A stretch of DNA of 64,000 nucleotides from Planctomycetota bacterium. GTDB taxonomy: Bacteria; Planctomycetota; B15-G4; SIAN01. Below are positions 44,554 through 53,371 of this stretch, piece by piece. The translations under genes and the position numbers were made by a program. Location of the stretch: NCBI GenBank assembly GCA_031409275.1, contig JANNXA010000051.1:32001-96000 (forward strand), given 5' to 3'. The notes beneath the pieces are model-generated. The model ran no database searches. It had not been told where the DNA came from and saw only the letters and a program-made list of their open reading frames with translations. Numbering within the stretch: the stretch's first letter is position 1; each line of letters starts with the position of its first letter.

Positions 44554-45417
44554 GTGATCGCGTCGTCGCGCCGCGCATGGTTCCGCCGCGTTGGCGCCGC
44601 CGTGCTCGTGGCTCTCTCGGCGATCGGTTGCGACCAGCGGCCGGAGCGCTCCGCCACTGGTGAGCCACCGCATCGCATCGTCTCCTTGGCGCCGAGCTGC
44701 ACGGAGACGCTGCTCGCGCTCGGAGTGGCGCCGCTGCTGGTCGGCGTCAGCGACTACTGCCCGGAACTTCCAGCAGCCTGCCACGCGACGCGGGTCGGCG
44801 GCCTCGAGAACCTGAACGTCGAAGCGCTCGTCGGTCTCGCGCCCGACCTCGTGCTCACCGTGCAGGCCTCCGACGATCGCGGCCTCGCGGCCCTCGCTCG
44901 CCTTGGCGTCACGGTCCGCGGCAGCAATCCGCAGTCGATCGACGCCATGCTGGCCGAAGTCGAGGCGCTCGCGACCCTGGTCGGCGTACCGGAGCGCGGG
45001 CGCGAACTGACCGCTGCGCTGCGAGCGCGGCTCCGCGCTCTGGCGGTCGAGGTCGACGCGCGCCCGCATCGCCCCCTCGTCTACGTCGAGGTCGACGAGC
45101 CGGGATGCTGGACCATCGGCCGCGGCAGCTTCGTCCACGAAGCGCTGCTCCTGGCGGGCGGCCGCAACGTGTTCGCCGACGTCGCGCACAGCTACTTCCA
45201 GGCGAGCCAGGAGGAGCTGATCGGGCGCGCGCCCGAAGTGATCGTGCTGCTCCATCCGATCGTCCGTCCGCTGGCGGAGCGGCCCGAGATCGCCGCGCTC
45301 GCCGCCTGGCGCGACGGCCACGTCATCGCGGAACTCGACCGCGACGCGCTGCTGCGTTCGAGCCCGCGACTCGTCGACGGCATCGAGGCGCTGGCGCGCC
45401 GGCTGGCCGCACCGTGA
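44554..45417 (+). CDS. Cobalamin/Fe-siderophore ABC transporter substrate-binding lipoprotein (BtuF-like)
   Basis: RIVSLAPSCTE.L.ALG..LVGVSDYC, L.PDLV, AGGRNVF, R.SPR; lipobox AIGC. Confidence 0.88.
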   Translation: MIASSRRAWFRRVGAAVLVALSAIGCDQRPERSATGEPPHRIVSLAPSCTETLLALGVAPLLVGVSDYCPELPAACHATRVGGLENLNVEALVGLAPDLVLTVQASDDRGLAALARLGVTVRGSNPQSIDAMLAEVEALATLVGVPERGRELTAALRARLRALAVEVDARPHRPLVYVEVDEPGCWTIGRGSFVHEALLLAGGRNVFADVAHSYFQASQEELIGRAPEVIVLLHPIVRPLAERPEIAALAAWRDGHVIAELDRDALLRSSPRLVDGIEALARRLAAP

Positions 45418-46430
45418 TCCGCTCTCCATCGCGCGCATTGGCGCTGTTGGCGCTGGTGCTGCTGGCGGCGTTCGCCGCGGCGCTCCTCATCGGTCCGCAG
45501 GGGTGGCCAAGCGAGTCGATCCTGCGGCTGCGCCTCTCGCGCGCCGAGCTCGCGGTGATCGTCGGCGCAGGACTCGCCTGCACCGGAACGGTGCTGCAGG
45601 CCCTTTCAGGCAATCCGCTCGCCGACCCATTCGTGATCGGCGCGTCGAGCGGCGCCGCCGTCGGCGTCGTGGTCGCGCGCTGGTGCGGCGTCGAGCTCAC
45701 GTCGCGTTGGCTGCCGCTCTTCACCGTGGTGGGCGCCTACGCGGCGATCGTGCTGGTGCTGCGGATCGCGCGTGCCGGCGGGCGTACTCCCGTGCAAACG
45801 CTGCTGCTGGCGGGCGTCACCGTGAGCACGCTCGGCACCGCGATCGTGCTGCTCTACTACAACTTCCAGACCGGCACCGGCGACGCCGGGCGCACGATGC
45901 TCTTCTTGATGGGCAACCTGAGCGAGAGCAAGCCGGAGCTGATCGGGCTGGCGGCGGGCTGCGTCGCGCTCGGCATCGTCGCGGCGGGACTCTCCGCGCG
46001 CGCGCTCGACGCCTTCGCGTCGGGCGAAGCGACGGCGCGCCACCTCGGCGTCGACGTCGAACGCTGCAAGCTCGGCTTCTGCCTGCTCTCGGCCGCGCTG
46101 GTCGGCGTCGTCGTCGCCGTCGCCGGAATGATCGGCTTCGTCGGCCTGATCGTGCCGCACGCCGCGCGCGCCATGGTCGGCCACTCCCATCGCCGGCTGA
46201 TCGCCGCATCGGCGCTGGCCGGCGCGACGTTCCTGCTGCTGGCCGACCTCGCCGCGCGCACCGTCGCGGTTCCGCGCGAACTTTCGGTCGGCGCCATCAC
46301 GGCGCTGTGCGGCGGCCCCTTCTTCCTGCTGCTGTTGCGCCGCCGCGTGCGCGAACGCGACGCGCTGTCGCACGAACTCGATCCTCGCGCGAAAGCGTCC
46401 GTCGTTCCGCCCACCGAGACATCGCGATGA
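45414..46430 (+). CDS. FecCD/BtuC-family ABC permease
   Basis: GNPLADPFVIGASSGAA, A..LGV, GMIGFVGLIVPH, VGAITALCGGPFF; GTGA overlap. Confidence 0.92.
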   Translation: MIRSPSRALALLALVLLAAFAAALLIGPQGWPSESILRLRLSRAELAVIVGAGLACTGTVLQALSGNPLADPFVIGASSGAAVGVVVARWCGVELTSRWLPLFTVVGAYAAIVLVLRIARAGGRTPVQTLLLAGVTVSTLGTAIVLLYYNFQTGTGDAGRTMLFLMGNLSESKPELIGLAAGCVALGIVAAGLSARALDAFASGEATARHLGVDVERCKLGFCLLSAALVGVVVAVAGMIGFVGLIVPHAARAMVGHSHRRLIAASALAGATFLLLADLAARTVAVPRELSVGAITALCGGPFFLLLLRRRVRERDALSHELDPRAKASVVPPTETSR

Positions 46431-47218
46431 GCGCGCCGCTGCTGGTCTTCGACCACGCGACGATCGGCCGCGCCGGCTGCGAGCTGCTGCGCGACGTCAC
46501 GTTTTCCGTCGCCACCGGCGAGCTGGTCGCGATCCTCGGCCTGAACGGCATCGGCAAGAGCACGCTGCTCGCTGCCGCGCTCGGCGACGAAGCGCCGCTT
46601 GGCGGAAGCGTCACCCTCTGCGGTCGTCCGCCGGCGTCGTTGCGCGCACGCGAGCGGGCGCGCCTCGTCGCGATGCTGCCGGAAGCGGAGCCGCTGCCCT
46701 ACGACGTCCCGGTCCGTGACGTGATCGAGCTCGGCCGCTTTGCTCACCTCGGTCTGCTCGGCCGGTTCGGCCCCGCCGACCTGCAGGCGCTCACGCGCGC
46801 CATCGAGTGGACCCAGGTCGGCCCGCTGCTAGCGCGCGGCATCAACGAGCTGTCGGCGGGAGAGCGACAGCGCGTCTTGCTCGCGCGCGCCTTCGCGCAG
46901 GAGCCGAAGCTGGTCCTGCTCGACGAGCCGACCGCGCACCTCGATCCGGGCCGTCAGCTGCAGGTGATGGCGACGCTGCGGGAGCGCGTCGACGAGGGGA
47001 CGCTCGGCGTCTTGGCGGTCCTCCATGACCCGAACCTCGCCGGAAGATTCGCCGACCGCATCGTGCTGCTGGGCGCGGGCGGGGTGCTGGCGATGGGCCC
47101 CCCAAACGAGGTGCTGCGGCCGGAGCTGTTGGCGCGTGCCTACGACGTCGCGTTCCGCTGCATCGCCGATCCGGAGGGCGGCACTCCTTACGTCTTCGCC
47201 GACGCCGGTCGCCGCTGA
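46427..47218 (+). CDS. ABC transporter ATP-binding protein (FecE/BtuD-like)
   Basis: GLNGIGKST, LSAGERQR, LLDEPTAHLD, LHDPNLA. Confidence 0.93.
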   Translation: MSAPLLVFDHATIGRAGCELLRDVTFSVATGELVAILGLNGIGKSTLLAAALGDEAPLGGSVTLCGRPPASLRARERARLVAMLPEAEPLPYDVPVRDVIELGRFAHLGLLGRFGPADLQALTRAIEWTQVGPLLARGINELSAGERQRVLLARAFAQEPKLVLLDEPTAHLDPGRQLQVMATLRERVDEGTLGVLAVLHDPNLAGRFADRIVLLGAGGVLAMGPPNEVLRPELLARAYDVAFRCIADPEGGTPYVFADAGRR

Positions 47219-47305
47219 CCCCGTCGCCGCATCGAACTTCACGCGGCGCCGCCGTGGCCAAACGGTACGCAAGCTGAGGAGAAGATCGTCGCCGCTGGCG
47301 AGCGG

Positions 47306-47333
47306 TTGTTTCGCACGCGCGGCGGCGTATCGT
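47306..47333 (+). promoter_or_regulatory. Putative sigma70 promoter for the nuo operon
   Basis: TTGTTT-N16-TATCGT, about 260 nt upstream of nuoA. Confidence 0.45.
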
Positions 47334-47591
47334 CCGCCGCTTCGTTCGTTCCGCCGGCACCAGCGACCGGCAACGCGAGGAATCTTCGGGGCGGGCGCCG
47401 GAAAAGTCCGCGGCGTGAAGCTCCGAGCCGTTCCCCGGCGACGCGACCTCCCCCGCGAGGGGGCGGCCGCTTCGCGTGGCGTTGCGATCGTTCGGGTCGG
47501 AGAGGGCTTTGCGTCGCGCGGCCGTTTCGAAGCGACCTCTTCCCGCCGACGCGATTCCGGACAGGACGACCGTCCCGAGGATTCTCGACGC

Positions 47592-48125
47592 ATGAGCCTG
47601 ATCGAGCATTACCAGGCGGTCCTGATCTTCCTGCTGATCGGCGTCGCGATGGTCGTGTCGCCGATGATCTTCCTTGCCTTGCTGCGGCCCAAGACGCCGA
47701 GCATCGCCAAGTCGACCCCGTACGAATGCGGGATGGAGCCGGTCGGCGACGCTCAGGTCTGCTTCGACCTGCGCTTCTATTCCGACGCGCTGATCTTCGT
47801 CGTGTTCGACGTCGAAGCGGTCTTCATGTTTCCGTGGGCGCGGGTCTACCGCTCGTTCGTCGCGGAGGGGAATGGCGGCTTCGCGCTCAGCGAGGGCGCG
47901 ATTTTCGTCGGCATCCTCGCCCTAGGGCTCGCCTACGTCTGGCTGAAGGGCGACATCGACTGGAACAAGGCGCTGACCGAGGGGCGCGGCGTCGTGCGGC
48001 GGGAAGGGCTCGTGCCGACGATTCCGCAGCAGGTTCCCGACGCTCCTGAACCGGAGCCCGAACTCGAGCCGGTGGTGGCAGCGGCCGCGCCGGTCGCCAC
48101 GGCCAGCCACGCGGCCCATCACTGA
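47592..48125 (+). CDS. nuoA: NADH-quinone oxidoreductase subunit A, with C-terminal extension
   Basis: YECG, FVVFDVEAVF.FPWA, YVWLKG..W. Confidence 0.95.
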   Translation: MSLIEHYQAVLIFLLIGVAMVVSPMIFLALLRPKTPSIAKSTPYECGMEPVGDAQVCFDLRFYSDALIFVVFDVEAVFMFPWARVYRSFVAEGNGGFALSEGAIFVGILALGLAYVWLKGDIDWNKALTEGRGVVRREGLVPTIPQQVPDAPEPEPELEPVVAAAAPVATASHAAHH

Positions 48126-48158
48126 TCGACGCCAAGTCGCTTCCGAGCGGAGCAGCGC

Positions 48159-48773
48159 ATGGGACTCTTCGAACGCAGCCTTCCTGACGTCTATCTGACG
48201 CGCCTTGCGGACCTCGCGGTCAACTGGGGCCGCTCGTCGTCGATCTGGCCGATGACCTTCGGCATCGCCTGCTGCGCCATCGAGATGATGGCCGTCGGCG
48301 CGGCGACCTTCGACATGGACCGCTTCGGCGCCGGCGCCTTCCGCGCGACGCCTCGCCAAGCCGACCTGATGATCGTCGCGGGCACCGTGAACGCGAAGAT
48401 GGCGCACGTCGTGCGCCGCCTCTACGACCAGATGCCCGACCCCAAGTATGTGATGGCGATGGGCGCCTGCACGGTCGGCGGCGGCCCCTACTGGAAGCAC
48501 GGCTACAACGTCGTGAAGGGCATCGATCGCTTCGTGCCGGTCGACGTCCACGTGCCCGGCTGCCCGCCGCGGCCCGAGGCGATCATCGAGGGCGTTCGCT
48601 TCCTGCAGAGGAAGATCATGGCGAAGCGCGTCCTCGCCGACGGCTTGCCACAGACGCCCGACTTCACCGGGGTCTCGGTGTCGCCAGGCACGGTCGGCAT
48701 CCTCGATCCGACCGTCAAGGTGACCAGCACGACCGCCGGCCCCGCCCTTCCGCTCATCGGAGCCAAGGCGTGA
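48159..48773 (+). CDS. nuoB: NADH-quinone oxidoreductase subunit B
   Basis: [26 protein letters not shown]. Confidence 0.97.
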   Translation: MGLFERSLPDVYLTRLADLAVNWGRSSSIWPMTFGIACCAIEMMAVGAATFDMDRFGAGAFRATPRQADLMIVAGTVNAKMAHVVRRLYDQMPDPKYVMAMGACTVGGGPYWKHGYNVVKGIDRFVPVDVHVPGCPPRPEAIIEGVRFLQRKIMAKRVLADGLPQTPDFTGVSVSPGTVGILDPTVKVTSTTAGPALPLIGAKA

Positions 48774-49300
48774 CGGCAGCCGAAGCGCTCGAGCAACTGA
48801 AGAAGGATGGGCTTGCGACCGGGGTCGAACTCTTCCCCGGCCCGAAGGACGCCGCGCTGATCGTTCCGCGCGAGCGGGTGAAGGCCGTGCTGCGGCACCT
48901 TCGCGACGCGCGTCCGTTCGCGTGCGACCTGCTCGTGCTGATCACCGGCACCCACATGACCGAGAAGAAGGACGCCAAGGGCGTGCTGGTCCGCGAGGCG
49001 GGCTTCGAGGTCATCTGGCATCTGCGCTCGATCCAGAATCGCTCGCTGCTGGCCGTGAAGTGCAAGCTCCCGACGAACGACCCGACGGTCGACTCAGTGG
49101 CCGATCTGTGGGCCGCCGCCAACTGGCACGAGCGCGAGACGTGGGACCTCGTGGGCATCCGCTTCACCGGCCACCCCGACCTGCGCCGGATCCTCCTGCC
49201 GGAAGGCTGGGAGGGCCACCCGCTGCGCAAGGACTACGCGTATCCCAAGGAGTTCCAGGGGATCAACTTGGAGGTCGACGCCCCATGGCCGACTCCGTGA
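48770..49300 (+). CDS. nuoC: NADH-quinone oxidoreductase subunit C
   Basis: [33 protein letters not shown]. Confidence 0.96.
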   Translation: MTAAEALEQLKKDGLATGVELFPGPKDAALIVPRERVKAVLRHLRDARPFACDLLVLITGTHMTEKKDAKGVLVREAGFEVIWHLRSIQNRSLLAVKCKLPTNDPTVDSVADLWAAANWHERETWDLVGIRFTGHPDLRRILLPEGWEGHPLRKDYAYPKEFQGINLEVDAPWPTP

Positions 49301-50493
49301 GCGCGACCACTGCCCCATCGAAGACGCTGCTGTTCCCGGGCGATCCGTTGCGCCCGCCGGACACCTACGTCGACGTCCGCACGCAAGAGCTGCAGATCAA
49401 CATGGGGCCGCAGCACCCGTCGACGCACGGCGTCTTGCGCCTCGCGATCTGGGTCGACGGCGAGATCGTCACGCGCGCCGACCCCGACATCGGCTACCTC
49501 CATCGCTGCGCCGAGAAGATCGGCGAGTCGGTGTCGTGCATCCAGTACGTGCCGTACACCGATCGCTACGACTACCTCGCGGCGATGAACAACAACCTCG
49601 GCTACTGCCTCGCGGTCGAGAAGGTGGCGGAAGTCGAGGTTCCCGAGCGCGCCCAGTACATCCGCACCATCGCGGTCGAGCTCAACCGCATCGCGTCGCA
49701 CCTCGTCGCGATCGGCACCTACGGACTCGACCTCGGCGCGTTCACGCCGTTCTTCTATGCGTTCCGCGAACGTGAGGAGATCCTGCGACTCCTCGAGTGG
49801 ATCTGCGGCGCGCGGCTCACCTACAACTTCATCCGCATCGGCGGAGTGATGCGCGACACGCCGGCCGGCTGGATCGAGGACATCCGCAAGTTCCTCGACC
49901 TGTTCGAGACGCGCCTCGACGAGTTCAACGACCTCCTCACCCACAACCACATCTTCGTGGGACGGACGGCCAACGTCGGCGTGCTCTCGATCGAAGACGC
50001 GGTCCGCTACGGGCTCACCGGCCCGAACCTGCGCGGCTCCGGCCTGCGCTACGACCTGCGCCGCGAACAGCCCTACCTGCTCTATGACCGCTTCACCTTC
50101 GACATCCCGGTCGGCACCGGCATCAAGGGCACGGTCGGCGATTGTTGGGATCGCTACTGGGTGCGCCTGCTCGAGATGCGCGAGAGCGTCCGGATCGTCC
50201 GCCAGGCGATCGACCAGCTGCCGACGGGCGGCGAGATCATGGCGAAGAACGTGCGCCACCTCGCCTTCAAGAGCAAGGCCGGCGAGGGCTACCTCGGCAT
50301 CGAGAACCCGCGCGGCGAGCTCGGCTACTACCTGATCTCCGACGGCGGCGCGAACAGCTATCGCAGCCGCATCCGTGCCCCGAGCTTCTGCAACCTGTCG
50401 ATCCTCGAGTCGATGCTGCCCGGAACGATGCTCGCCGACGCAGTCGCGATCATCGGCTCGATCGACATCGTGCTCGGCGAAGTCGACCGCTAA
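49285..50493 (+). CDS. nuoD: NADH-quinone oxidoreductase subunit D
   Basis: NMGPQHPSTHGVLRL, GYLHR, DRYDY, ENPRGELG, DIVLGEVDR. Confidence 0.97.
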   Translation: MADSVSATTAPSKTLLFPGDPLRPPDTYVDVRTQELQINMGPQHPSTHGVLRLAIWVDGEIVTRADPDIGYLHRCAEKIGESVSCIQYVPYTDRYDYLAAMNNNLGYCLAVEKVAEVEVPERAQYIRTIAVELNRIASHLVAIGTYGLDLGAFTPFFYAFREREEILRLLEWICGARLTYNFIRIGGVMRDTPAGWIEDIRKFLDLFETRLDEFNDLLTHNHIFVGRTANVGVLSIEDAVRYGLTGPNLRGSGLRYDLRREQPYLLYDRFTFDIPVGTGIKGTVGDCWDRYWVRLLEMRESVRIVRQAIDQLPTGGEIMAKNVRHLAFKSKAGEGYLGIENPRGELGYYLISDGGANSYRSRIRAPSFCNLSILESMLPGTMLADAVAIIGSIDIVLGEVDR

Positions 50494-50512
50494 GCCTTAC
50501 GGAGAGAGAAGA

Positions 50513-51637
50513 GTGGATTCTCTGGTGCCGTTCCTCGAGAACGCGTGGGGCTGGGCGACCGGCTCTGCGTTCACGTTTTCGATGATCCTCTCCGTGCTGG
50601 CCGTGGTCGCCTTCATCTCGGTGTGGGCGATGTTCGCGGTCTGGCTGGAGCGCAAGGCGTCGGCCGACTTCCAGGTGCGCCTCGGTCCCAACCGCGTCGG
50701 CGGCCGCTTCGGTCTGCTCCAGACCCTGGCGGACGGCTTGAAGCTCGCCTTCAAGGAAGACCTCATTCCGCGCGACGCGGACAAGTTCCTCTTCGCGATC
50801 GCGCCCGCCATCGCCTTCTGCGGCGCCTTCGCCGCCTTCGCGGTGCTCCCGTTCACCCCAGCGGTGAACGCCGTCGACATCAACCTCGGCGTCTTCTTCG
50901 TCGTCGCGGTGACCGCGATCGGCGTCATCGGCGTGCTGATGGCCGGCTGGTCGTCGAACAACAAGTGGTCGCTCTACGGCGCCATGCGCGAAGCGGCGCA
51001 GCTGATCTCCTATGAGATCCCGAGCGCGCTCGCGTTGATGGTCCCGGTGTTGGTGACCGGCAGCCTGAACTTGAAGGAGATCGTCGGCTTCCAGTGCCTG
51101 CCGAGCGACGGCGTGCTGGACCACGAAGGGCTGATCTACTTCTCCAACCACGGCTGGCTCGCGTTCTACAGCCCGTGGACGTTCGTCGCGTTCATCGTCT
51201 ACTACATCGCGTCGCTCGCCGAGTGCAAACGCGCGCCGTTCGACCTGCCCGAAGCGGAGTCGGAGCTCGTCTCCGGATTCCACACCGAATACTCGGGCAT
51301 GCGCTTCTCGTTCTTCTTCCTCGAAGAGTACGGGATGATGTTCATCGTCTCGGCGGTGGCGGCGCTGGTCTTCCTCGGCGGTTGGCAGCCTCTGCCTTGG
51401 GTCAGCCTCAACATGGGCGGCCCAATCGGGAACCTCTTCTTCCTCGGCGTGTTCCTCGCCAAGTCCGTCTTCTTGCTCTGGGTCCAGATCTGGCTGCGGT
51501 GGACGTTGCCGCGCATGCGCGTCGATCAGGTGATGGTGATGGGCTACAAGTACCTCATCCCCATCTCGCTCGTCGCGCTGCTGATGATGGCCGTCTACGA
51601 GTACTGGGGGGTGCGCTACCTCCCGGGCCTCTTCTGA
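50513..51637 (+). CDS. nuoH: NADH-quinone oxidoreductase subunit H
   Basis: ERK..Q.RLGPNRVG, ADGLKL..KE, ISYE, RAPFDLPEAESELVSGF.TEYSG, PRMR.DQ. Confidence 0.97.
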   Translation: MDSLVPFLENAWGWATGSAFTFSMILSVLAVVAFISVWAMFAVWLERKASADFQVRLGPNRVGGRFGLLQTLADGLKLAFKEDLIPRDADKFLFAIAPAIAFCGAFAAFAVLPFTPAVNAVDINLGVFFVVAVTAIGVIGVLMAGWSSNNKWSLYGAMREAAQLISYEIPSALALMVPVLVTGSLNLKEIVGFQCLPSDGVLDHEGLIYFSNHGWLAFYSPWTFVAFIVYYIASLAECKRAPFDLPEAESELVSGFHTEYSGMRFSFFFLEEYGMMFIVSAVAALVFLGGWQPLPWVSLNMGGPIGNLFFLGVFLAKSVFLLWVQIWLRWTLPRMRVDQVMVMGYKYLIPISLVALLMMAVYEYWGVRYLPGLF

Positions 51638-51662
51638 ACGGGCGCGCCACGGGAGCGATCCG

Positions 51663-52403
51663 ATGCTGAGCTACGTCCGCAACATCGTCGACACGGTGAA
51701 GACCACCGTGAAGGGCATGCAGGTCACGTTCAAGAACCTGCGTCGCCCCGAGATCACCGTGTGCTACCCCGAGCAGCTGATGACGCTGCCCAAGGGGTAC
51801 CGTGGCATCCACACGCTCGACCAAGAGGCGTGCATCTACTGTTTTCAGTGCGCCAAGATCTGTCCCGTCGATTGCATCGAGATGAAGGCGGACCGCGTCG
51901 AGAAGAAGTTCCTCGCGTGGGAGCAGTTCTCGGTCGACTACAACAAGTGCATCTTCTGCAACCTTTGCGTCGAGGTCTGCCCGAAGGACTGCATCCACAT
52001 GGATCGCCGGGACGGTTCGGCGAAGTTCGCGCTCGTCACCGACGATCGCTCGACGCTGAACCTCGACATCCTCACCTACGTCGGCTTGTCGGAGACCGAC
52101 GACACCAACGTCCAGAAGATCGTCTCCGATCGCGCGGCCGGCATCACGACCCCGCCGGCCGCGCCTGCCGCGGCCAAACCGGCGGTGCCGGCGACGGCGG
52201 CCCCCGCGGTTGCAACGGCGGCGACCAAGCCGGCGGCGGCAGCGCCGGCCACGGCTGCTCCGGCTGCAACTCCTCAAGCAACTCCTCTAGCTGCAACTCC
52301 TCCGGCCGCCGCGCCGCGGCCAGCAACACCGCCGAGCGCCGCCGCGCCGACTCCTCCGCCCGCGGCGCCGCCGGCGCCTCCGACTCCGCCCGCTTCCGCT
52401 TGA
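51663..52403 (+). CDS. nuoI: NADH-quinone oxidoreductase subunit I with long Pro/Ala tail
   Basis: Two 4Fe-4S motifs, CIYCFQCAKICP and CIFCNLCVEVCP. Confidence 0.95.
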   Translation: MLSYVRNIVDTVKTTVKGMQVTFKNLRRPEITVCYPEQLMTLPKGYRGIHTLDQEACIYCFQCAKICPVDCIEMKADRVEKKFLAWEQFSVDYNKCIFCNLCVEVCPKDCIHMDRRDGSAKFALVTDDRSTLNLDILTYVGLSETDDTNVQKIVSDRAAGITTPPAAPAAAKPAVPATAAPAVATAATKPAAAAPATAAPAATPQATPLAATPPAAAPRPATPPSAAAPTPPPAAPPAPPTPPASA

Positions 52404-52528
52404 TCGACTCGCGATCGGTACGCGGCCTCGCGTCCGATCGCTGCCTGGATGTGACTGACCGTTTCTGACCGTTCTTGGACCGGCCGCTTGCAGCTTGCTG
52501 CAACGTGGCGACCGCAGGAGTGCCTGCG

Positions 52529-53047
52529 TTGGACAGCTTCAGTTTCTGGTTCTTCGGCGGGTGCGCGCTGATCGGCGCAGCGCTCGTCGCCTTGATGCCG
52601 CGGCTCGTGCATTCAGCGTTCGCGCTGGTGCTCGCGCTGATCGGCGTCGCCGGCCTCTATTGGGGGCTCGGCGCCGATTTCCTGGGCGGCGTGCAGCTGT
52701 TGGTCTACGTCGGCGGCATCACCATCCTCTTCATCTACGGCATCATGCTCACCCCGAAGGAGGCGACTCGGCCCACGCTGAGTTCGCTGCTCTTGCCCGG
52801 GCTGCTGGCGGCGGTGCCGGTGGCGGTGATGCTGCACTTGGCTTGGAAGGGCCTCGAGGTGGCGTTCCACGTGCCGGCGGCGATCGACGGCGCCGCGCTG
52901 CCTGAACCGCAGCCGACCGTCGAAGCGATCGGCCGCGCCTTCCTCACGCGCGATCAGTACCTGATCCCATTCGAGCTCGCCTCGCTGGTGCTGCTCGCCG
53001 CGCTGGTGGGTTCGATCTACCTGGCGCGTCGCCGCAAGGAGAGCTGA
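52529..53047 (+). CDS. nuoJ: NADH-quinone oxidoreductase subunit J
   Basis: VHSA, ADFL..VQLLVYVGG, PFELASLVLL; TTG start after GGAG (GTG 52520 is an alternative). Confidence 0.93.
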   Translation: MDSFSFWFFGGCALIGAALVALMPRLVHSAFALVLALIGVAGLYWGLGADFLGGVQLLVYVGGITILFIYGIMLTPKEATRPTLSSLLLPGLLAAVPVAVMLHLAWKGLEVAFHVPAAIDGAALPEPQPTVEAIGRAFLTRDQYLIPFELASLVLLAALVGSIYLARRRKES

Positions 53048-53048
53048 C

Positions 53049-53354
53049 GTGGAACACCTCTCCGGCTACGTCTTCATCGGCGCCGCGATGTTCGTGCTGG
53101 GCGTCTTCACCATGGTGACGCGCCGCAACGCGATCTACGTGCTGATGGGCGCGGAGCTCATCCTGAACGCCGCGGCGCTCAACTTCGTCGCCTTCGCCCG
53201 CCATCTGGGCAATCGCCTCGACGGGCAGATGTTCGCGATCTTCATCGTCATCCTCGCGGCGGCGGAGGCCGCGGTGGCGCTCGGAATCGTGCTGCAGATC
53301 CACCACCATTTCCCAAGCATCGACGTCAGCAAGCCTGACCGGCTCGGCGACTGA
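53049..53354 (+). CDS. nuoK: NADH-quinone oxidoreductase subunit K
   Basis: RRN...LM..ELILNAA, GQ.F, AAAEAAVALG. Confidence 0.96.
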   Translation: MEHLSGYVFIGAAMFVLGVFTMVTRRNAIYVLMGAELILNAAALNFVAFARHLGNRLDGQMFAIFIVILAAAEAAVALGIVLQIHHHFPSIDVSKPDRLGD

Positions 53355-53371
53355 GGGGACGGGGAACGCGG

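Noticed and set aside
48159..50493. Group 4 NiFe-hydrogenase interpretation of the EFG-less operon
   Set aside because: NuoD lacks Ni-ligating CxxC motifs and has the quinone-site HGVLRL and DRYDY motifs.
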